NCBI RefSeq assembly: GCF_964204645.1
Contig: NC_134026.1
Location: forward strand, 26,446,150-26,510,149
DNA length: 64,000 nucleotides
Origin: Tubulanus polymorphus
Taxonomy: Eukaryota; Animalia; Nemertea
Direction of reading: 5' to 3'
The first letter of the stretch is position 1; each line of letters opens with the position of its first letter. Position numbers and translations under genes: made by a program. The notes under the pieces were generated by a model that saw nothing but the letters and a program-made list of their open reading frames with translations, was not told the origin of the DNA and made no database searches. Of the stretch, positions 28,551-41,640 are shown one piece after another.

Positions 28551-30374
28551 AATTTAATTCGATTGAACGGATCGAATAGGAAAAAGGCTTCACCGATAAG
28601 AACTTTCCAGTCAGAAATTGATTATTATCGATTGGAATTTTTATAAGTAGAGAATTATTGAATCATATGAGAATAGTGTATTGTTGATGGCTACAGGGGA
28701 TTTCACTTTCGCAGACATCACTTTAATGAATAACTGAGGCTATTGCGCTGTTGGATACTATACTCACTACAGATGTCATATTTCTAATAAATATCATTTG
28801 AAATCTATGTGAATTCATTTCCATTTCTATTATTCTTAAAAGCGACCTAGGATATCATTTTACAACCAAGTGAAACTGCATATTTCTATCGATTTATATC
28901 CGATAGAAAAATCAAAGCAAAAGGAAAATTTGGCTTAGATTCAGTTTATCCAATGGGTGCTCGCAGTAGGGAAGCAAATCTAATTTTTGTCTGCAAAGTC
29001 GATGGAGCGAATATGACGAAAAGCTCTAATTGTTGTTATTGTAAACACGTTACTGCTGAATTCAGAATTCATTATCTCGAATATAACTTAATCACTGATC
29101 GGCTTAAATTCGCCACAAAATGACCAGAGTCTGTCTCGAAATTCCCATCTGAACTAATCATTTTAGTAGAGCAACAGTCAATCAGTGAGTCTATGGATTA
29201 TCGTAACTGTCTGGTCTGAAAACCAACTGAGGGGATACTATTGCTGAAAGGTAACCATGAAGTTGTTGTTCTATTTAGAATCGTGAGCATGACCTGAGAA
29301 ATTGGCATTTCTTCAATTAATTGATTAATTACTGATCAGACAGTACACGGTACTGATTAGGATGTACACCTCGAGCATCATGATTTGAATCAGTCGTTCA
29401 ATGCTACTTCATCTCGTACCAGATATACCATCAGTATAGCTGAAATTCTCAAATGAAAATTGAGTGGGTTCACTTGCGATAACTCATTCTTCAGTTTTTC
29501 GCCCGCGATGGAAATGAAAAAGAATCACGATTCTCGAAAGAAAATGGATCAATGCTCTTTCTAAGGGAAATAGTGACCCGTACAATGACTACGAGAAAAG
29601 CATTCATTCTAGCCTGTATGACAACTGCGATCTTGGAATGTTAAACAGAAAAAAAAGAACTACTCAAGATTGATCACATTGTGCTCTCCTTCTGTGTAAG
29701 ATTCTTATCATGTTTAAGCAAGAAGTTGTGGAACAGAGGATCATGATGCATCGGTTTTTTCAGCGAATTCCAGTGCTGACTTTATAGATAATCTCTCATT
29801 GTCACTCATTGTAAGCCAGCTGACCAATTTATAATAGTAAATTCCCTCGAAATATGTCAGACGAAATGCAATTCAATCGCACATCATTCAATTCATGGTT
29901 TTTCATGACGAGATACTAAGTAAATAGTTGTAACAGCAATGAGAAAACTATTCGAAAAATTATCACGTATTCAGAGAGGTTTATATTCCTTTATTACACT
30001 AATCGATTCCAAGAATTTATTGAACGTGATCTGGAATTTCATTGAGGTTTGTAACCAAAATTGAAATGATTTAAGAGGGTTTTAAGGGGTGGGCGCTATC
30101 ATCCAGCGATTTAAGACTGAGGAATTTGAATGCAATTACAACTGAAAATCCTTTGTTTCAACTAGTCAATGTTATAGCTGTCACACATGTCCACTACATC
30201 ACGTAATATTTCAAATGATTACATTGAAGATCAATACGTTTTCACTTTTAATGTGAACAATAGAAACTATAGTTTAAACACTGATTTCATCTACAGTACA
30301 ATCGTCCAGACTTGCGCGTTGCTGCGGGAAGCAAGTAAAATCAAACTGCAACTTAGTGGCATTTTGTGTTAATC

Positions 30375-30400
30375 AATCTTTCTTTTCTTTCTCTCTACAG
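30375..30400 (+). other. Strong 3' splice acceptor of a 5'-UTR intron of the 30867 GPCR
   Basis: ctttcttttctttctctctacag| ends at 30400, 466 nt upstream of the ATG. Confidence 0.65.
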
Positions 30401-30866
30401 ATTGTGAGATTAATCCCATCATCGGGGTCTCGCCTCTCAGGATTAACTGGGTTGTACGAATGAAACACAGTTATTGAAACGTGATTCGACTTTACAATGA
30501 TCATTTTAATCTACACGGCGATATATTAAACTGATGGATTAAACCAACACACGATGTCATCATGATTTACCAACATTTCTCAATGGGAAGTTTGAGTCCG
30601 GAAACAAAAACAGCGTTTGATTTCCCGACTGAGTTTAGAATGGAATTCAGTTTTTAAATTCAACAAAATAACCGTCAGTTTTTGTTCATCGTAGAAGATG
30701 AGAATGTGCTTCTGATTCATTGTATCCTATATAACTTCATCGGACGTCGAAAAACATTTCATTTCAAGAATAATCGACAATGGAAATACTTTAATCGGTT
30801 TTACAATCACTCGATAAAAGAACTATTTGCGAAGCTCAGAAATTCGGGGAACGTATCGAAATAAAA

Positions 30867-33134
30867 ATGAATGAATCTTCTACAAGCGTCTATAACGCTA
30901 CCATGGCAATGTTGAACGCATCCCTCGTTCTACCAGAGACTAATAGTACTGTCAAAAGCAGCAGTAGTACTGTCACGGCAAGTGGTGCTCTAGTTGTATC
31001 CACACCGCTAACTTCTACAGATGGTGCACAGAACGGCTCAAACAACAGGCGAAACCTTACCGCTATACATGGTCAACGAAATCATAATCCTTCCGATTCG
31101 GATCGTAAAAATCTTAACCAATATCTCGCAAAAAATGAAAATTTCACGAATTCTAACGACAATGTTACGGACTTAGCGGAATACCTACACGATGAAATCG
31201 CATCCATAGAAACTGCCGGCAATACGACTAATAAAATAGGATTTAGCGATCATTTAAATAGAACTGAAAATACAATTACAGGTGAGCAAAACTTTACACA
31301 GGCGATCTCAAATTTCACTGATAGCGTTACTGAAAGTTTAGTGAACATCACAACTGAATTGCTGACCAATAATCTAACTGATAATTACCCGAATCAGACA
31401 TCTGTCAGTCTAAACGGAGTTGGAAATGTGACAGTTCCAACAATTCTGCTGGATGGATATGTGAATAATCTTACTAGTAATGCGAGAGATTACTCGGATT
31501 ATAGCAGTAATGTATCCGTACTTAACCAGACGGTTAGTAATTTGACAGTAGGCATTCACCAACGACACCGTATCGGTGAAAATTATGTTATTTCGCTGCA
31601 GTATTACCTCGGAGAAATGATCGTCGTCGTGATTTTGTTGGGTATTTTGACCTGCTGGACGATGTTCGGGAACTTGCTCGTGTTAATCGCGCTCGGTAAG
31701 TTCAAAAACCTTAAAACGATGTCGAACTATCTGATCGGGAATCTAGCGTTGTGCGATTTTTTACTCGCTTTAACTGTATTACCGCTGTCCCTAGTCAATG
31801 ACGTTCTCGGTCACTGGATATTCGGAGAAGTGATTTGTAACTTATGGCTTTCAATAGATGTGCTTTACTGTACAGCGTCGATTTGGAGTTTGTGCGTGAT
31901 CGCTCTAGATAGGTTTACTGCTACTTCGTTTCCAGTTTGGTATCGAGAAAAACGTTCCATAAAACGAGCATCTATTTATATTACGTTAGTTTGGGTGTTT
32001 TCTATTATTGTGACCGTTCCACCCTTGTTCGGATGGCAGGACAAAAGTCTTAACTATCAGTTTAATAATTCGACCCAAAAGTATGAGTGCATCCTGTTTT
32101 CGAATGTAGAATACGTCATATATTCAGCGATGGGATCTTTTATAATTCCGTTATTTTTGATGGTGTTGCTTTACGTGAAAATCTTCATCGTCATACGAAA
32201 ACGTTCGAAGCAGCTGCATCGCACGTACATGAAAAACCATCAAAACCGGCGAGGCGGCTCGAAGAAAGCCAGCATCGCGCAAACATCTCAAAAAGTCCAA
32301 CCACCGCAAGCAATCGAACTTAATACCATCTCTAAAGTACAAAATACCAAACCGGATGATTCCAAATTATTATTTTCCTACAGTACGGATAGTTCACCCG
32401 ATGTCGATATTAAAAGCGATGATGAAGATGAAGATGATTTGTCCTCCGATGGAGTTACAAATTCACAAGGTTATTACTCCGAGAAGGACACGTGTACGAC
32501 TCTTTTGCGGCAGGAACTACGCAATGGAGTCATGTCTACGACGGAAGCGACCGACAGCGATACGCTAGTTATCACTAACCCATCATCTAAATTCACAGGT
32601 GAAACGACCGACAAAGAGTCGCAAAGTGACCAGGAAAAGGTTACGCTGATGACGAAGCCAGAAAAACAGTCGTCGGGCCCGAGGCGGAACCCGCTCTCCG
32701 ATCAGAACAAAAACAATCAGGTGCCCGGCGAACACGACGGAGGCACGACTACCGAGGACGAAGAGGGCAAGAAGAAAAAACCGGCGAATTTACCGCCGAA
32801 AGGCAATCCGTTCAAACGCGACCGACTGCGGTCAAGTTTTCGCAAATTTGATAAACGCGAGCAACGAGCGACTAAACGAATGGGTATGATCATCTCGTGT
32901 TTTTTCATCTGTTGGATGCCGTTTACAATCATGTATTTAACACGTAGTTTATGCGCTAATTGTCAAGAGTTGAATCCGAATCTGCTGGCCTTCATTATCT
33001 GGCTCGGATATGCAAACTCTGGATTAAATCCACTGTTGTATACAATTTTCAACGAGGATTTCCGACGTGCTTTTTATCGGATGCTATGCAGCTGTTTCAT
33101 CAAACCGAAGAAGGCGAAAGCGGGCATGAAATAG
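30867..33134 (+). CDS. Class A biogenic amine GPCR, tyramine/octopamine receptor-like (755 aa, single coding exon)
   Basis: Seven hydrophobic helices with GN (TM1), LAxxD (TM2), WIFG..C, D3.32 in WLSIDVLYCTASIWSL, DRF, TM5 YVIYSAMGSFIIP, TM6 CWMP, and TM7 WLGYANSGLNPLLYTIFNEDFRRAF, which closely resembles invertebrate tyramine type-1 receptors. Long ICL3. Confidence 0.95.
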   Translation: MNESSTSVYNATMAMLNASLVLPETNSTVKSSSSTVTASGALVVSTPLTSTDGAQNGSNNRRNLTAIHGQRNHNPSDSDRKNLNQYLAKNENFTNSNDNVTDLAEYLHDEIASIETAGNTTNKIGFSDHLNRTENTITGEQNFTQAISNFTDSVTESLVNITTELLTNNLTDNYPNQTSVSLNGVGNVTVPTILLDGYVNNLTSNARDYSDYSSNVSVLNQTVSNLTVGIHQRHRIGENYVISLQYYLGEMIVVVILLGILTCWTMFGNLLVLIALGKFKNLKTMSNYLIGNLALCDFLLALTVLPLSLVNDVLGHWIFGEVICNLWLSIDVLYCTASIWSLCVIALDRFTATSFPVWYREKRSIKRASIYITLVWVFSIIVTVPPLFGWQDKSLNYQFNNSTQKYECILFSNVEYVIYSAMGSFIIPLFLMVLLYVKIFIVIRKRSKQLHRTYMKNHQNRRGGSKKASIAQTSQKVQPPQAIELNTISKVQNTKPDDSKLLFSYSTDSSPDVDIKSDDEDEDDLSSDGVTNSQGYYSEKDTCTTLLRQELRNGVMSTTEATDSDTLVITNPSSKFTGETTDKESQSDQEKVTLMTKPEKQSSGPRRNPLSDQNKNNQVPGEHDGGTTTEDEEGKKKKPANLPPKGNPFKRDRLRSSFRKFDKREQRATKRMGMIISCFFICWMPFTIMYLTRSLCANCQELNPNLLAFIIWLGYANSGLNPLLYTIFNEDFRRAFYRMLCSCFIKPKKAKAGMK

Positions 33135-33240
33135 ACAATATATGTACAGATAAAGGACACATTTTACAAAAATACTACTGTGACTATATTTGTGCCAATC
33201 ATTGTGACATACGCAGAACAAAAACCCTGCAAAATGTGTA

Positions 33241-33246
33241 AATAAA
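33241..33246 (+). terminator. Candidate polyadenylation signal of the 30867 GPCR
   Basis: AATAAA about 107 nt after the stop codon; AT-rich context, so it may be chance. Confidence 0.3.
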
Positions 33247-36200
33247 ACTATTTTCATTTGCTACTGATCCCTCGTAAATCTGGTGCCATGATCTTTATTC
33301 TGGAGGACTTTCCAATATAACATGTAAGTAAATCTAATGGAAATATCATTAAAAAGCTGATTATGTTTCTGAAATGCCTTTGTTGTTTTTTTACCATTGA
33401 AAATTGAACTCGCCGATTGTCTCGCGCAGCAAGGAATATCATCGAGTTTATTACATAAATATAGGATATGAGTAACATCCTAAAACTAAGCATATATATC
33501 TGAATCGACTGACCATCATAAATCGAAGAGTCCAGTTATGATAATACACATCTGGTTTCATATTCAGATCTCGCATGGATAGATCTTCATAAATGATTTT
33601 ATTGAGTATTAGATATGTGCTGGTGAATTTGATAGTCACCTAGAATAATATAAATTTTCATGGAGGGCAGTAGATTTCCAGGCGTAGCATTAATGAGTTT
33701 CAATGTTGGCATTTTTAAAATGTTGTAACCGTTGGGTATGTTGAAACATCGCGATGTGTGGGTTCTAACAGCGATTGCGAATAGCACCCACGCGATCAGG
33801 TATCTTTTAATAGAAATTCATTGAAAAAAACCCCTACAACATCTCCCGCACATCCATTAGGATAAGGTTCAACAAAATCTGATACCAAGTAACCTCAAAT
33901 GATTTTTTCAAAATTTTTTCATTCTCTGCATCACGATGATAGTTTTCATAAAACTTGCCATCGTTTTCGAGAATTACCCATTACAAAACCCATAATTCAG
34001 CCATTGAAACATTGGCAGGTTATTCCATTCTATTTTTTCCAAGGCACCAAATAATTCATTTACGATTAACTTTTTCTGTTTCATTCATCTAGTACTTCAT
34101 TTATTTCCTACATAATTCTTTGAGTAATATTTTCCTAGTGAACACGTTCAAACACTGTTTTTTTACATCTGCTTTCCTCGTTTAATTACCGCTGATATAA
34201 CTAACGATTCATGCAATTTCAATCCGTTTGATAATTATTGATTTATATGCCCTTTTTCCAGGAGAACAATTTGCATGATATTCATCAGATAATGGTGTAT
34301 GAGACGGAGTGTCTGTCCTTCATATTCTGAACATCAGACACAATCATATCGATACGTATTGTAACGCAACCTCAGCTTCTCCGATCAGTCACATGTTATC
34401 ACAATAAGATTTAGAAATCCCTCTGAAAATATGCGTATAATCCAGGGTTCATCCCCTGACAGATTGTGAGAATGCATACACCTCTAATCTCTTATTGCAA
34501 TCAATCGAATATGGATGTAGATTGGATTAATCGAATGCTAATGGTATAGGATGGTGCTAGGCTCGTTTTCTTTAATCATCAATGAGAAAAAAACACCGCG
34601 TACTAATAATGAATGTATCCATGACTTCCACTGACGATGAAAAAGCTCTTTCCAATCAATGTGACAATACCATTGGGCATTTTTTCGACAGAATTGCTGC
34701 TTCACTCTAGATCAATCAACGGTCTTTAGAGAGACCTTGATAACCAACTGCTGGAAAAATTCACTTCAACGAGAAAATTGACATTTCCAAAATAAGAAAA
34801 TTGAAGCCGCGTGAAACTGAATGAACTTAATAACCCGAGGCTTTGTGGCTTCAGCGAGAAATTTTATGATACTCGATAAAATTCTGACTTATCTGCGCGT
34901 ATAGTTTTAGACAGGTCATAAGCTTGGATGACACAGGTGGTTGAGCAATGAATGAAAATCTAATTATTGCGTACATATGGAGAGTAAGTAAGCATCAATC
35001 TGTTTTACCTATATAACCTTCAATCACTAGTAATAAATGATTGTATCTCCGTTAGTTGTCCACTGTAATTAGTTGATTGTTAGGAAATGAGAGCAACCTT
35101 TAAGTAAATGAGCACAGAATTGTCCAATAATACTGCGCTGAGGGTCCTTTACATGTCAATAACTGATTAACATACAACAAAGCGGAATGTGTATATTCCA
35201 TTCCTGCCATATAACCCAGAGAACTTGAAGCCTTGAAATATAAATAGTCTTCAATGATGATACAGAGACAAGCTATGCTTCATTATGATGAACCAATGGT
35301 AGGTCGATTAAGATTGAATCCGGCTAAAGCTGTACAGCTCGGATAAATCCGAAAATCTATACAAACATTCACGACACATGATTGGACCCAGGAGAGATTT
35401 ACGTGCAAGAAACAGAAAACTACATCCACAGCAGGTGATGGCAAAAATCAATGTGGCAGACACTGATTAAAGAATTAAAGATGAATTTGATTAAAAAAAG
35501 ATCAATGATTCTTTCATCAACTGAAATATAGACTTCAAAAGTTTTACTTGATGTTTTGGTTATAAGCCATTCTGGCGCCATTTTCTACGATATACATCAT
35601 TGTTGAAAGGTTGGATTAAAGGGAAGAATCTTTAGATGATGCATTATTAGTTTTTGTTTATAATCCCCCTGTATTAAAACTAATCCTGTACGCTGAACCT
35701 ATTTTTCATTCTTGCATCTAATAAATCAAACATGATCTCAATTTTCGTTTTCATATTACACAAATGTTATTTCCACATTTGATGACACCGATGCTTCGGA
35801 CTGGAGCAATAATTTTCTCTATCGCAAAACTGTGAGTCTATCATTTCTGAACAGAGCCGGTGCATACTGAAAAAAGTAACAAGGCAGTAAACACTATAAT
35901 CTTGCATACTGCAATGATAATAGGCTCCCAATATCATAGCACACCCTCGGAATCAGTCATAACTCACTGGTGTAAGTGTAATATCATTTACAGTTAAAAA
36001 TCACCAGTTGTGGCAACATGATCTCGATCAAAATGCCAGCAAGAATGATGATTCCTAAATGTATCAAGTGACTTAATCGAGCAACGTATTGTATGACTAG
36101 AAAAAAATATCTACAAGAACTAGATTCAAAGAACAATCAAAATGTCATCCACAAATTTTGTGATCTGTTTACAAATGATAATATCAGTGGTAGCTGCTAG

Positions 36201-39200
36201 TAATAGGTCATCATTGCATCCCGCAGGTAATGTAGTAACATGAACGAAACAGTCCATAATGATTATAACTGTAGTATATGATTCATTTTATCATCAAATA
36301 TACAGATATCCTATCCAGGAACACTTAACTATGTGATGCTGGCTGCAGCCAAGTCTTTTTTAACGTTTAATGTGGCAAAATATTCATTATGAAATAGAGC
36401 CATAAAACCACCACACAAACATATAAATTCAGATATAAAATCTGTGACTATGATAAAGAAATAGAAGATTCGTATCTCTCCTTTAACTGTGACTATGATA
36501 AGAAATCCCTTGTCAAAATGATTACTGTTAGTCCAAAGACAAAGTATTGATTACAAAAATAAATCGATTGGGATTGATACCATACTTGCCATCAACAGTG
36601 ATATCGCATATTAGAATTTCCATTTGATTAGATATGTAGTAATTAAACCTTTGAATTAATAATATATGCACAAAGAAGATGGGATTTTGTTCTCCGAAAT
36701 AAAAAGAGTCATTTCTAATTCAATAGACCAGATAAGAAAGTTCATTTCCTATCTGTCAATACTTTTAGCTTCTTTTTCTTAAAACTTTTTTCCAAGACCA
36801 AAGAATCAGGTCTATTACAAGCGCAGTGAAGGAAAATTAATTCGTTCAATGAAATACTGCAAAGTGATAGATGACCAGCAATAAAATGAATGCAGCAAAT
36901 CACGAGGTTTAAGTGAATTAATCAATGTTCCAATGGCCTTTATAATGAATTCCAGTTATTTGATTAATTTTCCCCAGAGAAAAATCATGATCATCTTGTT
37001 CTATGTCCAACATCATCAATGAAATTCCGAAAAATCTATGAATAGCTAAATTGATATGAACTCCTCAAACAAAAGTCTTTTTGACTTTTTCTGAAATTGC
37101 ATCGATCGGGGGAGGTTATCCAGTAGACTAGTTAGTTACCTAATCGTTGGTGGTAAGCTTTTTATAATCGGATGGGCTTATACCAACGTTAGGGATGACA
37201 AGGACCAAAACACGGTTGAAAAAAGTAACACTTCAAAAGTATACTTTCTATTCACTTCAGTCCACAATTAATGGCTTAATTCACAAACCAACACAGGTAC
37301 CTTTCGAAATAATCCAATTTTATGTATGTTTCGAGTGGTTAATCAACATTATTTTGAGAAATTAATTAATTTCTCCACCAATTTCGCCATTGGCCGCCAT
37401 TTCTCTGTATTGCACATGTGGCATGATAAAACAAGGGGACCTACAAGGATTTATATAAAACTTCCGAGACGAAACGACAATTTTTATTTTTGATGGTTTT
37501 CCAACTTATATTTCAAATCTTCGTGTTTTCCATAATAAATCATGAAATAATAAATTCTGGTAAAAGAAAAATGTGAATAAGTGTTGATTTCTTAATTTTT
37601 TTCAATTTCGTCGTTTCGCTTCGTTAGTTTGTGCTGTTGTCCTCGCCTCAACCCACAGGTGCCAGCACCTCCAGTAATTTTCAAAATGGCAGCTGTTGAC
37701 CCGACGGAAATTTACTCTCACTTTACGGCCGATTTGCACATGGATTAAGATCGTCAGGTGAGGTGTTATAGGTATCAGACAAACTACGAATCTGTTGTGC
37801 GTCGATAACAACAAAAAATAGACGGATATCTTAAGAGACAATGAAATGCCAGGCAAATTACTCGTCAGTCAAATTGGCTGACGAAGATTTCATACAAAAA
37901 TGACCTTCCCATTCCTGACTGTGGTTTGTGAAAATATCCGATTGTGAAACTAAACCACAGACAGGTTACTGACTACCAGTAGACATAAGCGATAATTTGG
38001 AATGACTTTCGCAACGACCTTTGCAGCTTTGAGCTCTTATTCGCCAGCAGTAAACTAGCATTTTTGGTATATCTCAATCATTAGAGCGCAGAGAAAATTG
38101 CAATCATGTATGAAGTCAATATGATAGATTCGTCATGTGACGCTTTATTCCGCAGGTGAAGATAGATAAATCAGGTTGTTTTACCCATTCCCCTGTGTGT
38201 CCGGTGATAGTAACAACTATACACACTCGCGCAACAAACTGTAGACATATCGAATATTTCATGTTGAAGCCTGCAGCTGAGAATATGCAGTGAGTCTTGA
38301 ATTTGTGGACACCTCCCTTGTCTTGTAGCTCAGAAACAACTACACATTATTTTCACACAAGACTAGCTCTAAAACGGTGTATCAACCACCCTTTCCCGGC
38401 ACGTAAATATATACAATCAAAGGCTTATTCACATTTTCTTAACCTTTTTAACACGCAGACACAGCTGTAGCTAAGATACGTGTCATTTATTGTACAAAAC
38501 TTCCAAGTAAGCTCCATCGATAACTGAAGAACTTAGTCATTGCCGACATCACTCACCAGTGTATTGATGCCCAGAAGATAGAATTCATGGCAATCAGACA
38601 CTTACTGAAAAACACCTGATTCCAAACAGGGTTTTTGGTAGGCTGTCTAATTAATGCCATTTCTGTCAGTAAGTAATAGTGGCACTATAGCATACTGATA
38701 ACCAGTCAATTTTTCATGGCTAACATTCACTTAATGCATCAACCCTGACCAGCTGTCTTCATCCTCAATAACTTTGCTGGGCACACACAAGGAAAGGTTC
38801 CCTAAGGCCAAACCACGTTCCTGAGTGAACATGAGAATATCAATTAACCCTCTTCTTTCCGAAATTATCAGACAATTCTTTTCTATCATGCACTGTTCTT
38901 TGATGAAAAGAATCCATGTACTTGCATAGTCTCCAAAGATCAATCTGTCATTAAAGCGTGAACAGACAATTGATATCGAGAGTTCTGTCATTCCTTATAT
39001 TGATCATGTCTATGTACTGAAATCTAAATTGGCTTAGTAGAATGTAAACAAGAGACCCATGGGCCGGATCTATAGCTAGGTGCATGTAATTCGTGATCAA
39101 TTGAGAATACTGTAAGGTAAATGGCCGATATGACGATATTCCGGAAGAAAAATCTAAAGGATCAAAGAACAGCCTGGAGAGAATAAAGTGGATAGAAAAT

Positions 39201-41449
39201 TAGGTTGCCTGAAAGATGAAATGGTCAATGCGGTCCAAAAAAGTAGAGACAAAGTAGAAGGATCTATACCAATGCACCGAGAACTAATACCAGAATAGTT
39301 TATTGATATCATTGGCCCAATAGCTGGAATTGCAGTTATCTTTTTATCGGAGACAAAAAGAGCTGCGAATAAAAAACCACAATTCTCATCAACCAAACAA
39401 CAATGGAACGTACAAAATCATCAGAGCCTGCTGGGCTATTTACTATCTTATCATTCACGGGGCCTATAAGATTATTTCGTGTTTCCTTCATGATCAATGG
39501 AAGTGACGTTGGTCATTTCATAGAAGCCGTGTTCATGACATGGACGGGAAACACCGCGATCCGAAATCAATTTTCTTGACGGGATGGTGATCACATTTAT
39601 CCCCCCTCATCATTGAAGTGAATACCATTCACCAGAAAGCAATCTTCGAATATGCTGCACCGACTTAAGAAATATGGCGGAAAACTCGCTGCAATCTCAT
39701 ACCACAGCATATTAAGTCAAGCGACCGTATCAAAGGTCTTATTTGGTCAACTTTCTATTCCTTGTTGTCCTGTGAAGTTCTTCCTTTAGGCCAATACGAG
39801 TAAACACAATTTACCACACGTGTCTTTGATGTTTTAGTATTTACAGAGATGCCGATATCAACTGAAATTTACAGCACCGAGCAATTTTACAGCATTCTGC
39901 TTTTAAAAGTAATAAGAATTATTAGCAAAGGTGGTGACTGCGCGACCAGTCAGTGTGGAGCTTACTAAATACTATTGGTCTTAAGCCCTCATTAGATGAA
40001 AGTCATTTGATTCCACAAAGTCTCAAATTGATTTAGAAATTCCTTGATCTAAGGAAGAATTACCAACAAGCAAGATACTGATGGAAAGATCTGCAGGTTA
40101 GAAAAGGGGACTAACCTACTGTCAATCAACCAATTCCAGACATTGCGCTGACCATTTTCAAAAGTGACGACCAATATACTATATCAAGACTGGATGTCAT
40201 TGAAATTATACCTAGTTATCAAATGGCAAGAGTAATTGCTATATATTTACCAGGAAATTAAGCGATGTACAACAAAGACCCAAATTTGGGGACAAACATT
40301 GAAATAAGGTATACATACAAATAGACACATTAAACATTAACTGAACTCATGAGCAGATGCTTGTGACAGCTAATTTTCAGAGTTTCTGTTCAAATTTCAA
40401 TATACACATGTTCAACGTAATCGCATAATGAATGAACTAATCTACGTGGGGATTGATTACTAATGACATTTCTGTCAAATTCATGTCAAGACTGAGCTGA
40501 ATAGGGGGCTATCAGAATCGTAGCCTGTCAACTGTCTTGTTTTTTAATCTGTTTACTTATGTGGTAAAGGAAACTGGTTTTAGATTGTTCGATTAATTTC
40601 AACTAGATAAAAACTGATGGGCAAAAAATAAAAAAATATGTAACAGTGTGTTGGATTGATGAGTAAACACTGCACATCAATTTACACTCATAACAACTGA
40701 AATTCAAGCTGAGAAAATGAAATGAAGAAGAGCTCAACAAACATTTCAAGAAATGATTTCTGGAAGTCATCTACAGCGACATGAAGATTCATTTCCTAAT
40801 GTTTTTCTTTGGCAAGCAAAAGTTCTTGTCCGTGTTCTGAACTATGAAAATACAATTCATACTCGGGATGATAAGTTCGTCGGGATTATGATCCTGGATC
40901 TCAAGAGACAGAAAACGGGCATCATCTAATCTAGTTGACAAAATACTGTGATTCAAGCACCAGTCAACTGGGAATAGCCAGTTTCTTATTAACTGACAAC
41001 AATCTACGTAACTGAATAAATGACATTGATGTGCGAACGGACAAATGCTTACTCACAACCGATCATTTATTGTGACCGATCATGCGTGCACAGCACAATT
41101 TTGATATATGACTGCTCTCATTAACCCTTGTTCACCACTCCTTCAGACAATCTTAGACCCAATTAATCGGTACGTTTTCAATAAGTGGCTTACCATATCC
41201 TTGTTGTTTGGATTGGTGCAAAATGAAGGCGATTATAACTACTCATACTGAGATGGTCTTCTTACTTTCTCAATGCGCTCAGATGTTGATGTTTCTATAT
41301 GAGGATTGAAATCGAGGGAGAGCTTTGAAATATAATTTTATGCTACGTATCCTGAATAATTTACTAAGGGGATGATCCTTCCATTACCTACTGCATTTGA
41401 TTAAAGTTGATGCATAATAATTGATGTTACTAACGCCAAGTGAAGGTCA

Positions 41450-41640
41450 GCCTTGCGACTGCCAATGACTATATTCTCTGCGACTGCCAGCGACAATCGC
41501 GTTGCGAAGACCTGTCAACTGCACGCCCTTGAGACTGCCAGTCGCAACAAGTCGAACATGTTCTACTTTCTCAGGGCTGTCTCACCCAGTCACAACTGAC
41601 ATAAGCTGCTTTTGCCACTGCCTGAGACTTGTCTAGCTAA
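41450..41640. repeat. Degenerate repeat/MITE remnant with recurring (gc)gactgcca motif
   Basis: gcgactgcca occurs twice and gagactgcca once, followed by gtcgcaacaagtcgaacatgttc. GC-rich relative to the flanks. Confidence 0.35.

Noticed and set aside
656-30864. Many 60-110 aa ORFs in the track
   Set aside because: No recognisable domains, often non-ATG starts, and no consistent splice or phase support; expected by chance in AT-rich non-coding DNA.
32087-33241. Alternative-frame and antisense ORFs overlapping the GPCR
   Set aside because: By-products of the GC-richer GPCR coding sequence.
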